Shown here in pieces: positions 9,799 through 20,000 of a DNA stretch of 64,000 nt. The notes beneath the pieces are model-generated. The model saw only the letters and a program-made list of their open reading frames with translations, searched no databases and had not been told where the DNA came from. The position numbers and the translations under genes were made by a program. Each line of letters starts with the position of its first letter. Positions within the stretch are counted from its first letter, which is position 1. The stretch comes from an uncultured bacterium (GTDB taxonomy: Bacteria > Acidobacteriota > HRBIN11 > JAKEFK01): assembly GCA_963777505.1 (NCBI GenBank), contig CAVZQN010000004.1:704001-768000 (forward strand). The letters run 5' to 3'.

Positions 9799-10499
9799 TT
9801 CATGGCCGCTGCGTTCGACTCGTGAAGGGAGATTTCAATTCTGCGCGGGAATACGATAAAACTCCTGAACAAATTGCACAGGAGTACATTTCAAACGGTT
9901 TTTCACGGATTCATATTGTTGATCTCGACGGCGCAAGAGCCGGACGCATCGTACAGTGGGAAACACTTGAAGCCATTTTGTCCGTTCCTGAAATCGAGGC
10001 TCAGATTGGCGGTGGTGTAAGAACTCCCGAAATCATTGAACGCCTTTTGAGCATGGGCGCGAAACAAGTCGTTGTAAGCAGCGTTGCGATGCGCTCACCT
10101 GAAACAGTTTCAGCATGGGCCGCAAAATTTGGCCCTCAGCACTTCTGTATCGCCTTAGATTTACAGGAAGGTGTACTTGCTGCGTCAGGATGGACGCAGA
10201 AAGAGAAAAGTACAATGGATGAAATCCTTTCCAAGCTTGAGCCGGCAGGCATCGTCGATTATCTCTGTACCGACATTTTGAAGGATGGAACTTTAGAAGG
10301 CCCCAACTTCGAACTCTATCAAATCCTCGTTCAAGCTCATCCTAAAGTTCGATGGATTGCATCAGGTGGAGTCTCTTCGGTGAAGGATGTGGAATCGTTG
10401 CGTCAAGCGGGTGTTGCCGGTGTCATCATCGGAAAAGCACTTTATGAAGAAAGAATCACATTGGAAGAACTCGCACAATATGTAAAGTCCAAATGCTGA
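9771..10499 (+). CDS. hisA: ProFAR isomerase
   Basis: IIPAIDL..G.CVRL..GD, HIVDLDGA, QIGGGVR, ASGGV; ATG 9771 preferred over the upstream TTG. Confidence 0.96.
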   Translation: MRIIPAIDLIHGRCVRLVKGDFNSAREYDKTPEQIAQEYISNGFSRIHIVDLDGARAGRIVQWETLEAILSVPEIEAQIGGGVRTPEIIERLLSMGAKQVVVSSVAMRSPETVSAWAAKFGPQHFCIALDLQEGVLAASGWTQKEKSTMDEILSKLEPAGIVDYLCTDILKDGTLEGPNFELYQILVQAHPKVRWIASGGVSSVKDVESLRQAGVAGVIIGKALYEERITLEELAQYVKSKC

Positions 10500-11248
10500 C
10501 CAAGCGCATTATTCCATGTTTGGATATCCTGGAAGGCCGCGTTGTAAAAGGCAAACAATTTGTGAACCTTGTTGATGCCGGCGATCCGGTTGAACTCGCG
10601 TCACGATATTCTGATGATGGAGCCGATGAACTCGTAATCCTGGACATTTCTGCTACGCTTGAAAATCGAAAGCCATTCTTTCGAATGGTAGAACAAATCG
10701 CGCGTGCTGTAGCAATTCCTCTTACGGTTGGCGGAGGTATCCGAACGCTTGAAGATATTGTTTCAGTGTTGCGATGTGGAGCTGACAAAGTATCGCTGAA
10801 CACAATCTTGATGGAGAATCCAGAAATTCTGTCTGAAGCTTCGGAGCGGGTTGGAACGCAGGCTCTGGTTGCTGCACTGGATGCGAAATCGGATCATGAT
10901 ACATGGTTCATAAAAACCAGGAGTGGAACTCATCAAACACCTGTGAATGCAATCGATTGGGCTATGAAAGTTGTTGAACTAGGAGCTGGCGAATTATTGG
11001 TTACATCAATTGATCGAGATGGTATGAAAAAAGGATATGATTGCGAACTGTTAAAAAAACTTTCGGAGGCTGTACGCGTTCCAATTGTGGCATCAGGTGG
11101 CGCAGGAAAGAAGGAACATTTGTTGGAAGCTCTGAAGGATGGTTGTGCAGATGCAGTTCTAGCTGCGAGTATTTTTCATTTTAGTGAAATTTCCATCCGA
11201 GATCTGAAAGAATATTTACGAAACGAAAATGTACCGGTGAGAATATGA
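10493..11248 (+). CDS. hisF: Imidazole glycerol phosphate synthase, cyclase subunit
   Basis: MLTKRIIPCLD, GDPVELA, GADKVS, TSIDRDG, ASGGAG motifs. Confidence 0.97.
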   Translation: MLTKRIIPCLDILEGRVVKGKQFVNLVDAGDPVELASRYSDDGADELVILDISATLENRKPFFRMVEQIARAVAIPLTVGGGIRTLEDIVSVLRCGADKVSLNTILMENPEILSEASERVGTQALVAALDAKSDHDTWFIKTRSGTHQTPVNAIDWAMKVVELGAGELLVTSIDRDGMKKGYDCELLKKLSEAVRVPIVASGGAGKKEHLLEALKDGCADAVLAASIFHFSEISIRDLKEYLRNENVPVRI

Positions 11249-11847
11249 TGGATCAATTAGATTTTGAGAAAATGGAGGGCTTAATCCCTGTGGTTGTTCA
11301 ACACAAAGAAACGGCGGCTGTGTTGATGGTGGGATTTATGAACAAGCAAGCCTTAGAACGGACGCTTCAAGAACGGCGCGTCACTTTCTGGAGTAGAACT
11401 CGAAAGCAACTCTGGCAAAAAGGCGAAGGCTCAGGCAATTTTTTGAATGTTATCTCCATCGAGGCCGATTGTGATGCTGATACTTTATTGATACAAGCCA
11501 TGCCCGAAGGTCCCGTCTGTCACACTGGAGCGGCTGCATGTTTTTCTAATGTTCCACCCGGTGCACAATTAAAGAATCTTGAAATGATTATTAATGATCG
11601 CATTCATAAAAAGCCTGAAGGCTCCTATACTGCAAAGCTTTTTGAAAAGGGGATCCTCAAAATTGCGCAAAAAGTAGGAGAGGAAGGTGTCGAGCTGGCA
11701 CTCGCTGCACAATATCCCGACCGAAGCCGCTGTGTCGAAGAAGCAGCGGATCTTATGTATCACCTGCTTGTTCTGCTATCGGCACGAAATATCCCTTTTT
11801 CAGATGTCGAAGAGGAACTGGCGAAAAGAATGAGGGATCGCGGCTAA
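11245..11847 (+). CDS. hisIE: Bifunctional PR-AMP cyclohydrolase / PR-ATP pyrophosphatase
   Basis: FWSRTR..LW.KGE.SG, DCDAD and CHTG, then SYT..LF, KVGEEGVE and EAADL.YH. Confidence 0.96.
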   Translation: MMDQLDFEKMEGLIPVVVQHKETAAVLMVGFMNKQALERTLQERRVTFWSRTRKQLWQKGEGSGNFLNVISIEADCDADTLLIQAMPEGPVCHTGAAACFSNVPPGAQLKNLEMIINDRIHKKPEGSYTAKLFEKGILKIAQKVGEEGVELALAAQYPDRSRCVEEAADLMYHLLVLLSARNIPFSDVEEELAKRMRDRG

Positions 11848-11924
11848 CTCCAATATTGTCAAAATAAACTCATAAGTTATTGATAATAAAACAGTTATCA
11901 GACAAGATGCTTTTATGTTTAAAC

Positions 11925-11953
11925 TTGACAATATGACACTAAGATTATATTAT
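11925..11953 (+). promoter_or_regulatory. Sigma70-type promoter upstream of hsp20
   Basis: TTGACA-N17-TATTAT, with an AAGGAGG RBS downstream. Confidence 0.6.
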
Positions 11954-11990
11954 TACATTTAGCTAAAGAAATTCTTAAGGAGGAATTCCA

Positions 11991-12422
11991 ATGTTTAGAG
12001 AATTAGTCACATTTCAGGATCATATGAATCGGCTTTTCAATCAGAGTATTCCAAAAGCGAAGTTTGAAGATGAAGGGTTGTTTGGAGGAGCGTGGGCCCC
12101 GGCAGTAGATATCTATGAGACGGATCAGGCCATTGTTCTAAAGGCGGACCTTCCGGAGCTTAACGCGGATGACGTTGATATTCGTGTTGAAGACAACATG
12201 TTGTTTTTAAAGGGTGAACGGAAGATGGAAAAGGAAACAAAGGAAGAAAATTACCATAGAGTAGAGCGTTCTTACGGAGCGTTTTCTCGTAGTTTCATTC
12301 TTCCGCGGACTGTTTCTTCCGAAAAAATTTCTGCAGATTACCAGAACGGTGTTCTAAAGATCACTATGCTAAAAAGAGAAGAATCAAAACCGAAGCAAAT
12401 TCGGGTAACCGCTAATTCTTAA
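11991..12422 (+). CDS. Hsp20/alpha-crystallin small heat shock protein
   Basis: WAPAVDIYET, ERSYGAFSRSF.LP, A.Y.NGVL.I and C-terminal I.V motif. Confidence 0.95.
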   Translation: MFRELVTFQDHMNRLFNQSIPKAKFEDEGLFGGAWAPAVDIYETDQAIVLKADLPELNADDVDIRVEDNMLFLKGERKMEKETKEENYHRVERSYGAFSRSFILPRTVSSEKISADYQNGVLKITMLKREESKPKQIRVTANS

Positions 12423-12434
12423 TATAAATCCATC

Positions 12435-12467
12435 GCCGCGGTGCCATGCGCCGCGGCTATTTTTTTT
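12435..12467 (+). terminator. Rho-independent terminator
   Basis: GCCGCGG...CCGCGGC hairpin followed by a T-tract. Confidence 0.8.
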
Positions 12468-12538
12468 CTGAATGTTCCGCATCCTCAAAAAAGAGCTGAT
12501 TTGTTGGTGCGAGATTAGCTAAGGATTTCCGATATAAT

Positions 12539-14317
12539 TTGCAGAATTATTTGAGGAATCCAACATCATTGCAAGAAAATGAAAATTATACTGATACTCA
12601 ATCGACGCTTTTGTCATTCGGTACTGTCACACTCACATTCCTGTATGTAGCCTTTGTTACTACTCACACCTCATATTGGACCTGGCCCAGCATAGATGTT
12701 CTTCCGATCATCGAGCGCTTTCGTGATTCTCAATTTCTTTTGAACGATCTCTATACGGACATCGGAGGGACTTTTACAGTTCGCACATATTTTGCGCACT
12801 TCATCAACATGGTCTCAACGATCGCCGGAGTTCAGCCTGCGGTGATTCTTGTTTACATGAGCCCTATCATGGCTGGCACAGCAGCAGTGGCTTTGTTTAC
12901 AGTCTCCAGAACATTCGGGCTCGGACGAATGATATCGTTCCTGGCGGCGATAATACCTTTTTCACTTTCCCACTTGCAGCCCAAGCTCGGTTTATGGAGT
13001 CTCGATTTCAATCAAACAACACCGTCTGCTTTGGCAAATATGTTCATACTTCTTGCACTCTCTGCAGCGTTCCGAAATTATTCTTTTGTCACTTCTATTT
13101 TTATCGTTGTAGCGACATTGGTTCATCCAACTACTGGAATTGTTGGAAGCATTCTGGCAGCTGCCGCTTTATATATTGGATCAACATCTGTACGTCCATG
13201 GCACAAAATAATTGTACCAACCGTCGGATGCGGAGTGATTGCAGCATTCATTTTCTTTTATGTACCTTTGAGTTTTTCAAAACCAAGCCAGCTCGCACTG
13301 AATTCTGACGAGTTATACCATGCATACATCCAGATCAGGCACCCTCATCACTATGACGTAAATTCATGGACACAGGAAAGCATTCTCAAATTTATTGAAT
13401 ATTCGGGTTTACTGATTGTGTTGATTACTATTCTGAAGCAGCAAAAGGTTAGTCAAACAGCCTTCCGATGGGGGCTTTTACTTTTATTGTTCACCATTTC
13501 CATGGCGGTGAGTCATATTGTTTTTACTAATATTTTGCATAACCGGATTGCGATCGTGTTTACCCCTGTACGATTTTTTCCTCTTGCGTGGCCTTTTTTC
13601 TCAATCTTCTTTTTTATTTCAATTCGCCATCTGTCTAACAAATCTCCAACGACTCTTGCAGCAATTTTTTTACTAGCCTCAGTCTTATTGTTAAGGCCCT
13701 TGACTCTTCACAGTGCTGTCCTTGTTTGTGTTCTTATTTTGGTTGGATCAAAGTGGTTTTCTGATTGGGATTCGATTCAAAGCAGTAACAGATTTGTTCA
13801 CTACATTTATAAGTTCAATACGATGATTCTTCAAAAGAAATATTATCTCAGGTTCGCAATCGCTTTAGGTGTAATCTTTTTCTTAATTCGAATTATGCTT
13901 GGCGCTATGAGCTTCAAAGAAACGATTATTTCAGAGCAAGCGAACTTCAATCTGAGAGATTCGCATCTGTTTAAATGTATAAAAGACGCTGTACCTGAAA
14001 AGGAAGCGATAATCGTACATCCTTCTTTTGACAGCATAGGTGTTCGAATGCACTCCCGTCGAGCAGTATATGGGGATCTTGTATTTCCATTCAATGAATT
14101 GTACGCAGGATTATGGTGGGAGCGGTACAAAATCGTTCATGGCGATACTAAGGCAGCAGATGTAATCCAGCGATTTGATCGTCTTAATTCACAGGAACTG
14201 CAAAGGATCAAGCATCAGTCAGGAGTGAATTACTTAATCGCAAGCAAGAAGCATGTGCCAAATACGACTTCTCTTTGTGAGAACGCCTCTTTCGTTTTAT
14301 TTTCTTTAGATAACTGA
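12539..14317 (+). CDS. Polytopic membrane protein, GT-C-like fold or DUF6798-like C-terminus (start uncertain)
   Basis: About 12-13 hydrophobic segments, RHPHHY motif, and a soluble C-terminal domain ('RRAVYGD...PF...WWERY'). Confidence 0.55.
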   Translation: MQNYLRNPTSLQENENYTDTQSTLLSFGTVTLTFLYVAFVTTHTSYWTWPSIDVLPIIERFRDSQFLLNDLYTDIGGTFTVRTYFAHFINMVSTIAGVQPAVILVYMSPIMAGTAAVALFTVSRTFGLGRMISFLAAIIPFSLSHLQPKLGLWSLDFNQTTPSALANMFILLALSAAFRNYSFVTSIFIVVATLVHPTTGIVGSILAAAALYIGSTSVRPWHKIIVPTVGCGVIAAFIFFYVPLSFSKPSQLALNSDELYHAYIQIRHPHHYDVNSWTQESILKFIEYSGLLIVLITILKQQKVSQTAFRWGLLLLLFTISMAVSHIVFTNILHNRIAIVFTPVRFFPLAWPFFSIFFFISIRHLSNKSPTTLAAIFLLASVLLLRPLTLHSAVLVCVLILVGSKWFSDWDSIQSSNRFVHYIYKFNTMILQKKYYLRFAIALGVIFFLIRIMLGAMSFKETIISEQANFNLRDSHLFKCIKDAVPEKEAIIVHPSFDSIGVRMHSRRAVYGDLVFPFNELYAGLWWERYKIVHGDTKAADVIQRFDRLNSQELQRIKHQSGVNYLIASKKHVPNTTSLCENASFVLFSLDN

Positions 14318-14359
14318 CTACTCGATGTGCCCTGAAAAGATTTACGTTACAATCATTCC

Positions 14360-15259
14360 ATGAAAGTTCTGATTGTCGGTCCGGGTGCTGTCGGATGTAT
14401 TTTAGGTGCGTCGCTCATTCGAAGTGGTCAAGATGTTACCTTCCTCGCACGTGGTGCCAGTTTAGAAGCTCTTCGGCAAAGAGGATTGAAAATCGAATGG
14501 CCTTCGGAAACATGGCAGCTTGCTCAAGTCAACGTAATTGAATCGGGTACAGAAGGCATTGATTTTGATCACATTCTTTTTTGTGTAAAGGGTTATGATT
14601 GGCAAAATGCTGCAAAATTGCTCAACTCTTTCAACTCACGATTCATACTAACCTTTCAGAATGGAGTCATTGTTCATAAAGAACTGCAAAAAGATCATGG
14701 AGACCGCGTCCATGCCGCAATCATTTATGTTTCAGCTGATCGGATTGAACCGGGAGTCGTTCGATCAAAAAGTAATTCAAAGGTTGTTTTGGATGGCAGC
14801 CCAGCTGTGCATCAGGAGATGCAAAAGCTTCATGACGCCTTATCCAATTCATTTGTCCAAGTCCAACTGAGCGAAGACATTGAAGTAGATTTATGGAGAA
14901 AATATTTGTTCCTCTGCAGTTTCAGTTCCTTGAATACTCTTACAGAAAAACCGATTGCCAATATTTTGAATGATCCTTACACAAAAGATTTATGGACACG
15001 ATACATGTGTGAGATTGCGGAGATTGCGCGCGCGTCTGGAATTGAGTTTTCGGATGATGAAGCACAAACGGCATTGAGCAATGCCGAAAAATTTCCACCT
15101 GGAACTACGTCTTCGTTGTTTTCTGATACGCAAAGGAAGCAACAGACAGAGGTCGAACTTTTGCAGGGACACATCGCGAGATTGGCTGAGAAGCACAAAG
15201 TATCCGCACCAATCAGCAAAACGATTTATGCCCTCTTGCGTGAGAAGACGCGGTTTTAA
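14360..15259 (+). CDS. panE: Ketopantoate reductase family protein
   Basis: GPGAVG Rossmann motif, CVKGYD, FQNG, LW.K and TEVE..QG. Confidence 0.85.
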   Translation: MKVLIVGPGAVGCILGASLIRSGQDVTFLARGASLEALRQRGLKIEWPSETWQLAQVNVIESGTEGIDFDHILFCVKGYDWQNAAKLLNSFNSRFILTFQNGVIVHKELQKDHGDRVHAAIIYVSADRIEPGVVRSKSNSKVVLDGSPAVHQEMQKLHDALSNSFVQVQLSEDIEVDLWRKYLFLCSFSSLNTLTEKPIANILNDPYTKDLWTRYMCEIAEIARASGIEFSDDEAQTALSNAEKFPPGTTSSLFSDTQRKQQTEVELLQGHIARLAEKHKVSAPISKTIYALLREKTRF

Positions 15260-15265
15260 TCGGGA

Positions 15266-16069
15266 ATGCCGGAATACCTTCTTTGGCACATCCTCTTTTT
15301 AACTGGATCAGGTTTCCTTTCTATCTATTGGTTTCTTCAAGGACGTCACAGCCTTTTTGTTCGCGAGTTATGTCAGCGGTTGGACGGCAAAGTCTTAAAG
15401 ATCACCGGAAGTACTTTTGGTTGGAAGGTCGTCTTACTTGAGGTTTGGTTACGACAACGTAGAATTCTGGTTGAATATCGTTTCCGGCAATTTCAACCAG
15501 GCCCCAACAAATACATGCCTGGATGGCATTTGAATGGCGAGCTTGAAATTCGAGTTCCGCTTGTGCAAAAGTTTTGGCTCCGTTTACTTCGGCAACAAGA
15601 GGATGAAACGCCTGTAGATGAACTGATTATAGGCATACCACAGCTCGATAAAAACTATGTAATTCACGCGAATCAGGTACAAATGGCTGAAAATTTTCTA
15701 ACGCGGCCGGTTGTGTTGGATTGCATCATAAGATTTCCCTTCAAACTTGACAGACTTGAGGTTTATAAAGGCTTTCTCAAAGCTGTAATCGCACAGCCTT
15801 ATCAACAGCGCATCGTGCGCGAGGAATTTGAAAATACAGTTCAACTATTGCTCGATCTTATCGATGTATATGAACATCAACCTGTTGAAAATTTTCACGT
15901 CCTTCAATCCGCCGGTGATCGTTCCTGTCCTTATTGCCGCGGATTCCTGGATTCAGCTAAGGATTCTATTGTAAAGTGTGTTCGATGCGGTACATCATTA
16001 CATCAACAGTGCTGGCAAGAGAATAAACAATGCACAACGTGGGGATGCACAAGTGAAAGTGCGGAATAA
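15266..16069 (+). CDS. Membrane-anchored protein with C-terminal prokaryotic RING-finger (family 1-like)
   Basis: N-terminal TM helix; CPYC...CVRC...HQQCW.E...C...GC. Confidence 0.7.
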   Translation: MPEYLLWHILFLTGSGFLSIYWFLQGRHSLFVRELCQRLDGKVLKITGSTFGWKVVLLEVWLRQRRILVEYRFRQFQPGPNKYMPGWHLNGELEIRVPLVQKFWLRLLRQQEDETPVDELIIGIPQLDKNYVIHANQVQMAENFLTRPVVLDCIIRFPFKLDRLEVYKGFLKAVIAQPYQQRIVREEFENTVQLLLDLIDVYEHQPVENFHVLQSAGDRSCPYCRGFLDSAKDSIVKCVRCGTSLHQQCWQENKQCTTWGCTSESAE

Positions 16070-16103
16070 TATAATTCACAACATCAATGTAATTGAGGAG
16101 ATC

Positions 16104-16979
16104 ATGTCTTCAGTATTAACGTTTTTGATCATTTTGATAATGGGATCCTTCACAATTTTGAACGCCGGTACTCTGGCCGGTGAAATCAAAGTGAGTCATC
16201 CTGATAACATTCAATTTTTGATGGAAAAGTTTAAAGCAGGATTTGAGACAGCAAATCCCGAAGTTCAAATCATTTTACAAAGCGGTCCGAATGTTCAACA
16301 AGTATCACACATAGCATCAGGAAAAAAGATTGCAGACGTCATTGTCGTTTCTGATGACCGTATCGCAAAACCTCAGCTGGAAGGTTTGTATTTGGATAAG
16401 CCAATCGAATTTATGACCGATGAAATTGCCTTAATTGCTGGAAAAAATGCCAAGCATTTTGATGATCTTCAGATTAAGACCTGGCATCTACTTCTGTTAC
16501 GGCCGGAAGTGAAGGTTTTGATTCCTGATGCTGCGAATTCGTATGCAGGTTATCGTGTACCGCTTGTTTGGAAGCTTGCCGAGACATGGGTACACGAGCT
16601 GATGCTTTATGAAAAAATGAAGAGCAAACTGGACACAACTCATATTTCGCCTTCTCCGGTTAAATCGCTCTTATCAGGTCAAGCCGATTACGCGTTTGAT
16701 TATGCAACTCAGGCGAAACAAAATGGACTTCGATTGTTTCGACTTTTGAAATATTACAATCTTGGAGATCCAACTTTAGCTAATGTTTACAAAAGCGTAG
16801 CGATCGAAATCGTGGCTGATAACGAGAAGAGTATTTTTTACGGGGAACCAATCATTTACAGCATTGGTCAGTTGAAAGGATCAAAAAACGATTTAGCCGC
16901 AAAAGCGTTTATTGATTTTGTTGTGAGTGAAAAAGGGCGCGCAATCCTGGAACAACAAGAGTTAACCGGAATAAAGTAG
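16104..16979 (+). CDS. Molybdate/tungstate (ModA/WtpA-like) substrate-binding protein
   Basis: GAGGAG RBS, signal peptide, 'F...NP.V.I', 'ADV', 'GYR..LVWKLAE', 'G.PI.Y.I' and 'A.AFIDFV.S.KG.AIL' patterns. Confidence 0.7.
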   Translation: MSSVLTFLIILIMGSFTILNAGTLAGEIKVSHPDNIQFLMEKFKAGFETANPEVQIILQSGPNVQQVSHIASGKKIADVIVVSDDRIAKPQLEGLYLDKPIEFMTDEIALIAGKNAKHFDDLQIKTWHLLLLRPEVKVLIPDAANSYAGYRVPLVWKLAETWVHELMLYEKMKSKLDTTHISPSPVKSLLSGQADYAFDYATQAKQNGLRLFRLLKYYNLGDPTLANVYKSVAIEIVADNEKSIFYGEPIIYSIGQLKGSKNDLAAKAFIDFVVSEKGRAILEQQELTGIK

Positions 16980-17000
16980 GGGCGGGTTTGAGACCCGCCC
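16976..17000. repeat. REP-like palindrome (GTAG-type), possibly a bidirectional terminator
   Basis: GTAG-GGGCGGGTTTGAGACCCGCCC between convergent genes; near copy at 20454-20478. Confidence 0.7.
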
Positions 17001-17007
17001 AAAATTA

Positions 17008-20000
17008 TTAGTTCACCGCAATGTTGCCAAACGAACCAGTCGTATCTCTTACTTGATAACCGACGGTTCCAGTTTGCACACTGGCTCCCGAATTCATCGT
17101 AATAACCAGCACTCCGTCTATTCGAACTTCAAATTGAGTGCCGGTGAAAGTGATCTGTACATCGTAAAATTGATTCGCATTAATCGGCAGGATCGCTTTT
17201 TGCTTTGCAACAACTCTATTATTCGCTCGCTGCTTCAGGATCCATCTGCCCTTTTCTTGATTCATCTGCAATTCAAGCTTGTTTCCTTTATTAAAATACC
17301 AAGCTAGAAACCAAAGTTTGTTTCCTGTTCCACCTGCTGATCGCATTGTGGTTTGAACTGTACAGTTGATGCACCCGTCAAAAGCTGGGGAGGCTATTGC
17401 GACTGCCTTTTTACCGGTCGGGACTCCGACAAGATTGTCACCGTCTTCACTCCATGTTTGTTTGAGGGTCCAATCTGTGGGAGGAATTCCATCTTCAAAA
17501 TCGTCACAGAACAAACAGGTAGAAGAGTTAATTGTGATTGAATATGATCGAGTTCCAGTGCAGTCGTTGCTATCGGTTGCGGTCACACTGAAGTTTGATG
17601 TGCCTGATGAGCCAGGTGTTCCGGATAATACGCCGGCTGAACTCAATGTCAGTCCTGTTGGAAGTGCGCCGCTTGTAATCGCAAAAGAGTAAGGTGCAGT
17701 ACCGCCTGACGCAGTAATCGTCTGGTTGTATGCGGTGCCTTGTGTGCCTGATGGCAGGCTTGATGGGGAAAGATTAATCGTGGGACAGGAAGTGCTTAAA
17801 CAATAATCGATCGCTTTTTGAAGCACTTCACGCCGCTTTGCCTGAGTTGGAATCGCTTCAAATGGGAAACCTAGAAATACTGTGCGATACGTACCCGAAT
17901 CGCGGCTGATTGCGGCATTTCCTTGATTTCCACTGAATGCAACCTGCGCTCCAATCGATGTGTTAGGAACAACACGGTCACTCAAATTGCTTAAGCCTGC
18001 TGGATACTGCAAAGTGAGACTTCCAACACCGTTGAAGATTCCATTCGCAGTTACATTTGTCATGTTTACGTTATTGTTCATGCTTTGTACGCCCAAAACA
18101 CCCGACATGAACGGGCTGACCACTCCGCCGCGATCGGAGAAGTATTCTTCGCTTGAAAGGAAGAAACATCCACCGGCATTGAGATATTGGCTTAATGATG
18201 TTTCAGCGCTTTCACTTGGACCTGCTTTCGGATTTGCAGATCCGCCTGATGAATCACCGGAGAACCACACAACCATTTGATAATTTGACATGGTCGCTGC
18301 ATCGGGCTCATCAGCATGCTGTGGGCTATTTGTAACTTCCTGAGTAGAAGTATCCCAAACGTCGAATGTTTGTCCTGCAAAACTGACTGCGTCTTGATAA
18401 TAACTCAACACATTTGGAGCGTTATTGTCATCATCAACCAGCAGAATGTTTGCCGGAGCTGCAGTAGTGAATGTAAAAACAGCAGACCACGCGCTGGCAC
18501 CACATGCATTGTTTGTGCGGGTTCGCCACCAATATTGCGTAACTGGATCGAGCGTCAAAATTCCAGTGTGATGGTCCGAAGCTTCCGTTACGGAATAAAT
18601 AACATTGTTGAAGTTAGAATCTGTGGCGACTTCCAAATCGTAACTGCTGGCGCCTGCAACAGGATTCCATTCGTAGTGAACGACGAATGTTTCATCGATT
18701 GAATTATTCGGTGGATGCAAAAGTGTTGGAGCTGACAAAACAGAGGAGGCAACATTTAATGTAAGCGGTGAAGTATGCGTTATAGTCCCATCTGTTCCTT
18801 GCACATCAAATGGGTAATTTCCCGGTGGGGTTCCAGAAAGATTCACAGTAAGTAAACTATTTCCAGGAACAGAAACCGGATTCGGTAAAAATCCTGCCGT
18901 TGCTCCACTCGGTAAATTCAACGCGCTCAAAGTAACGTTTCCTGTATATCCGAAGCGGGGAGTTACATCGATTGTTGTTTCACCTGAACCCGTCCCACAT
19001 GCATTCACAATCGGATCCTCTGCGCCTACTAGAAAATCTGGTGCTAACGTAGGCTGCAGAATGAATAACCCGGCAACATTTGCCGGATTCGGGTTGGGTG
19101 GATTAAAGATACCGCTAACTAAGACGACTCCGCTTGGCAAAAATGGATAGTTATCCCATGAGCCTTCAAATTCAGGACTATCTGGATTTTCCGCGTACGG
19201 CCAGACATCAAAGAAAGCAACTTCACTAAGCTGCCCGGTCGAAACATTTGTAAGATCCATAATCCGCAGTCCCGCTTCATAATTCGATTCATAAGCAAAA
19301 TTGTCTTTAATATACAGATTGTGATCGATTGCATCCGTTTGATGTACGTAATTATCAATTAAGAAGGGCGCATTGAGATCGGAAATATTCCAAACGTAGG
19401 TTGTCGTATTTGTATCAAATTGACCTTCATCAAGTTCATCGTTCAGCAAGAGATACGTATGATCTTCAGTGAGCCAAACCTGATGTGGGTATGATGCGCC
19501 CGGATATCCAGTAGCTGAAAGCTGAACAGGTGCGCTCTTATTTGTTACATCTGAGATCACTATCTGTTGAGTAGGGCCATTCGCTGCAAAACAAACTTCT
19601 TTGCCATCATATGTATTATCGGGACCATCATACGTTACGCACGTTACTTCATGTGTATACGTTGGACTGCCAAAACATCCGGCAAACGTAGGGACAAGAT
19701 TTTGAACATTAATCATATGGAGTCCACTCGGACAGGGATTTCCACCTGAGCTTGAGCCAACTGCATATAAGAAGCCTGTATCCTGGTTGATGAAGATCGT
19801 GTGTGAAAGACTGAGACCGTTATAGTGAGCATCATTTGTAAAAGTCTGCGGAGTGGTAACACCGCGAAGACGCGTCAAATCAAAAACCTGAATGCCGTGA
19901 TTGCTGCAACTAACATCACAGCCGACGTATGCGCGATTATTGTAGACTCTTACATCCCGCCAGAGAGAATTTGTTGTCTGCGTTGGAAGTCGTCCCAGAT

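Noticed and set aside
11850-11990. CIRCE, HAIR or CtsR heat-shock operator before hsp20
   Set aside because: No match to TTAGCACTC-N9-GAGTGCTAA or CTTGAGT-N7-ACTCAAG; only a weak AT-rich dyad and a TGACA repeat with the wrong spacing.
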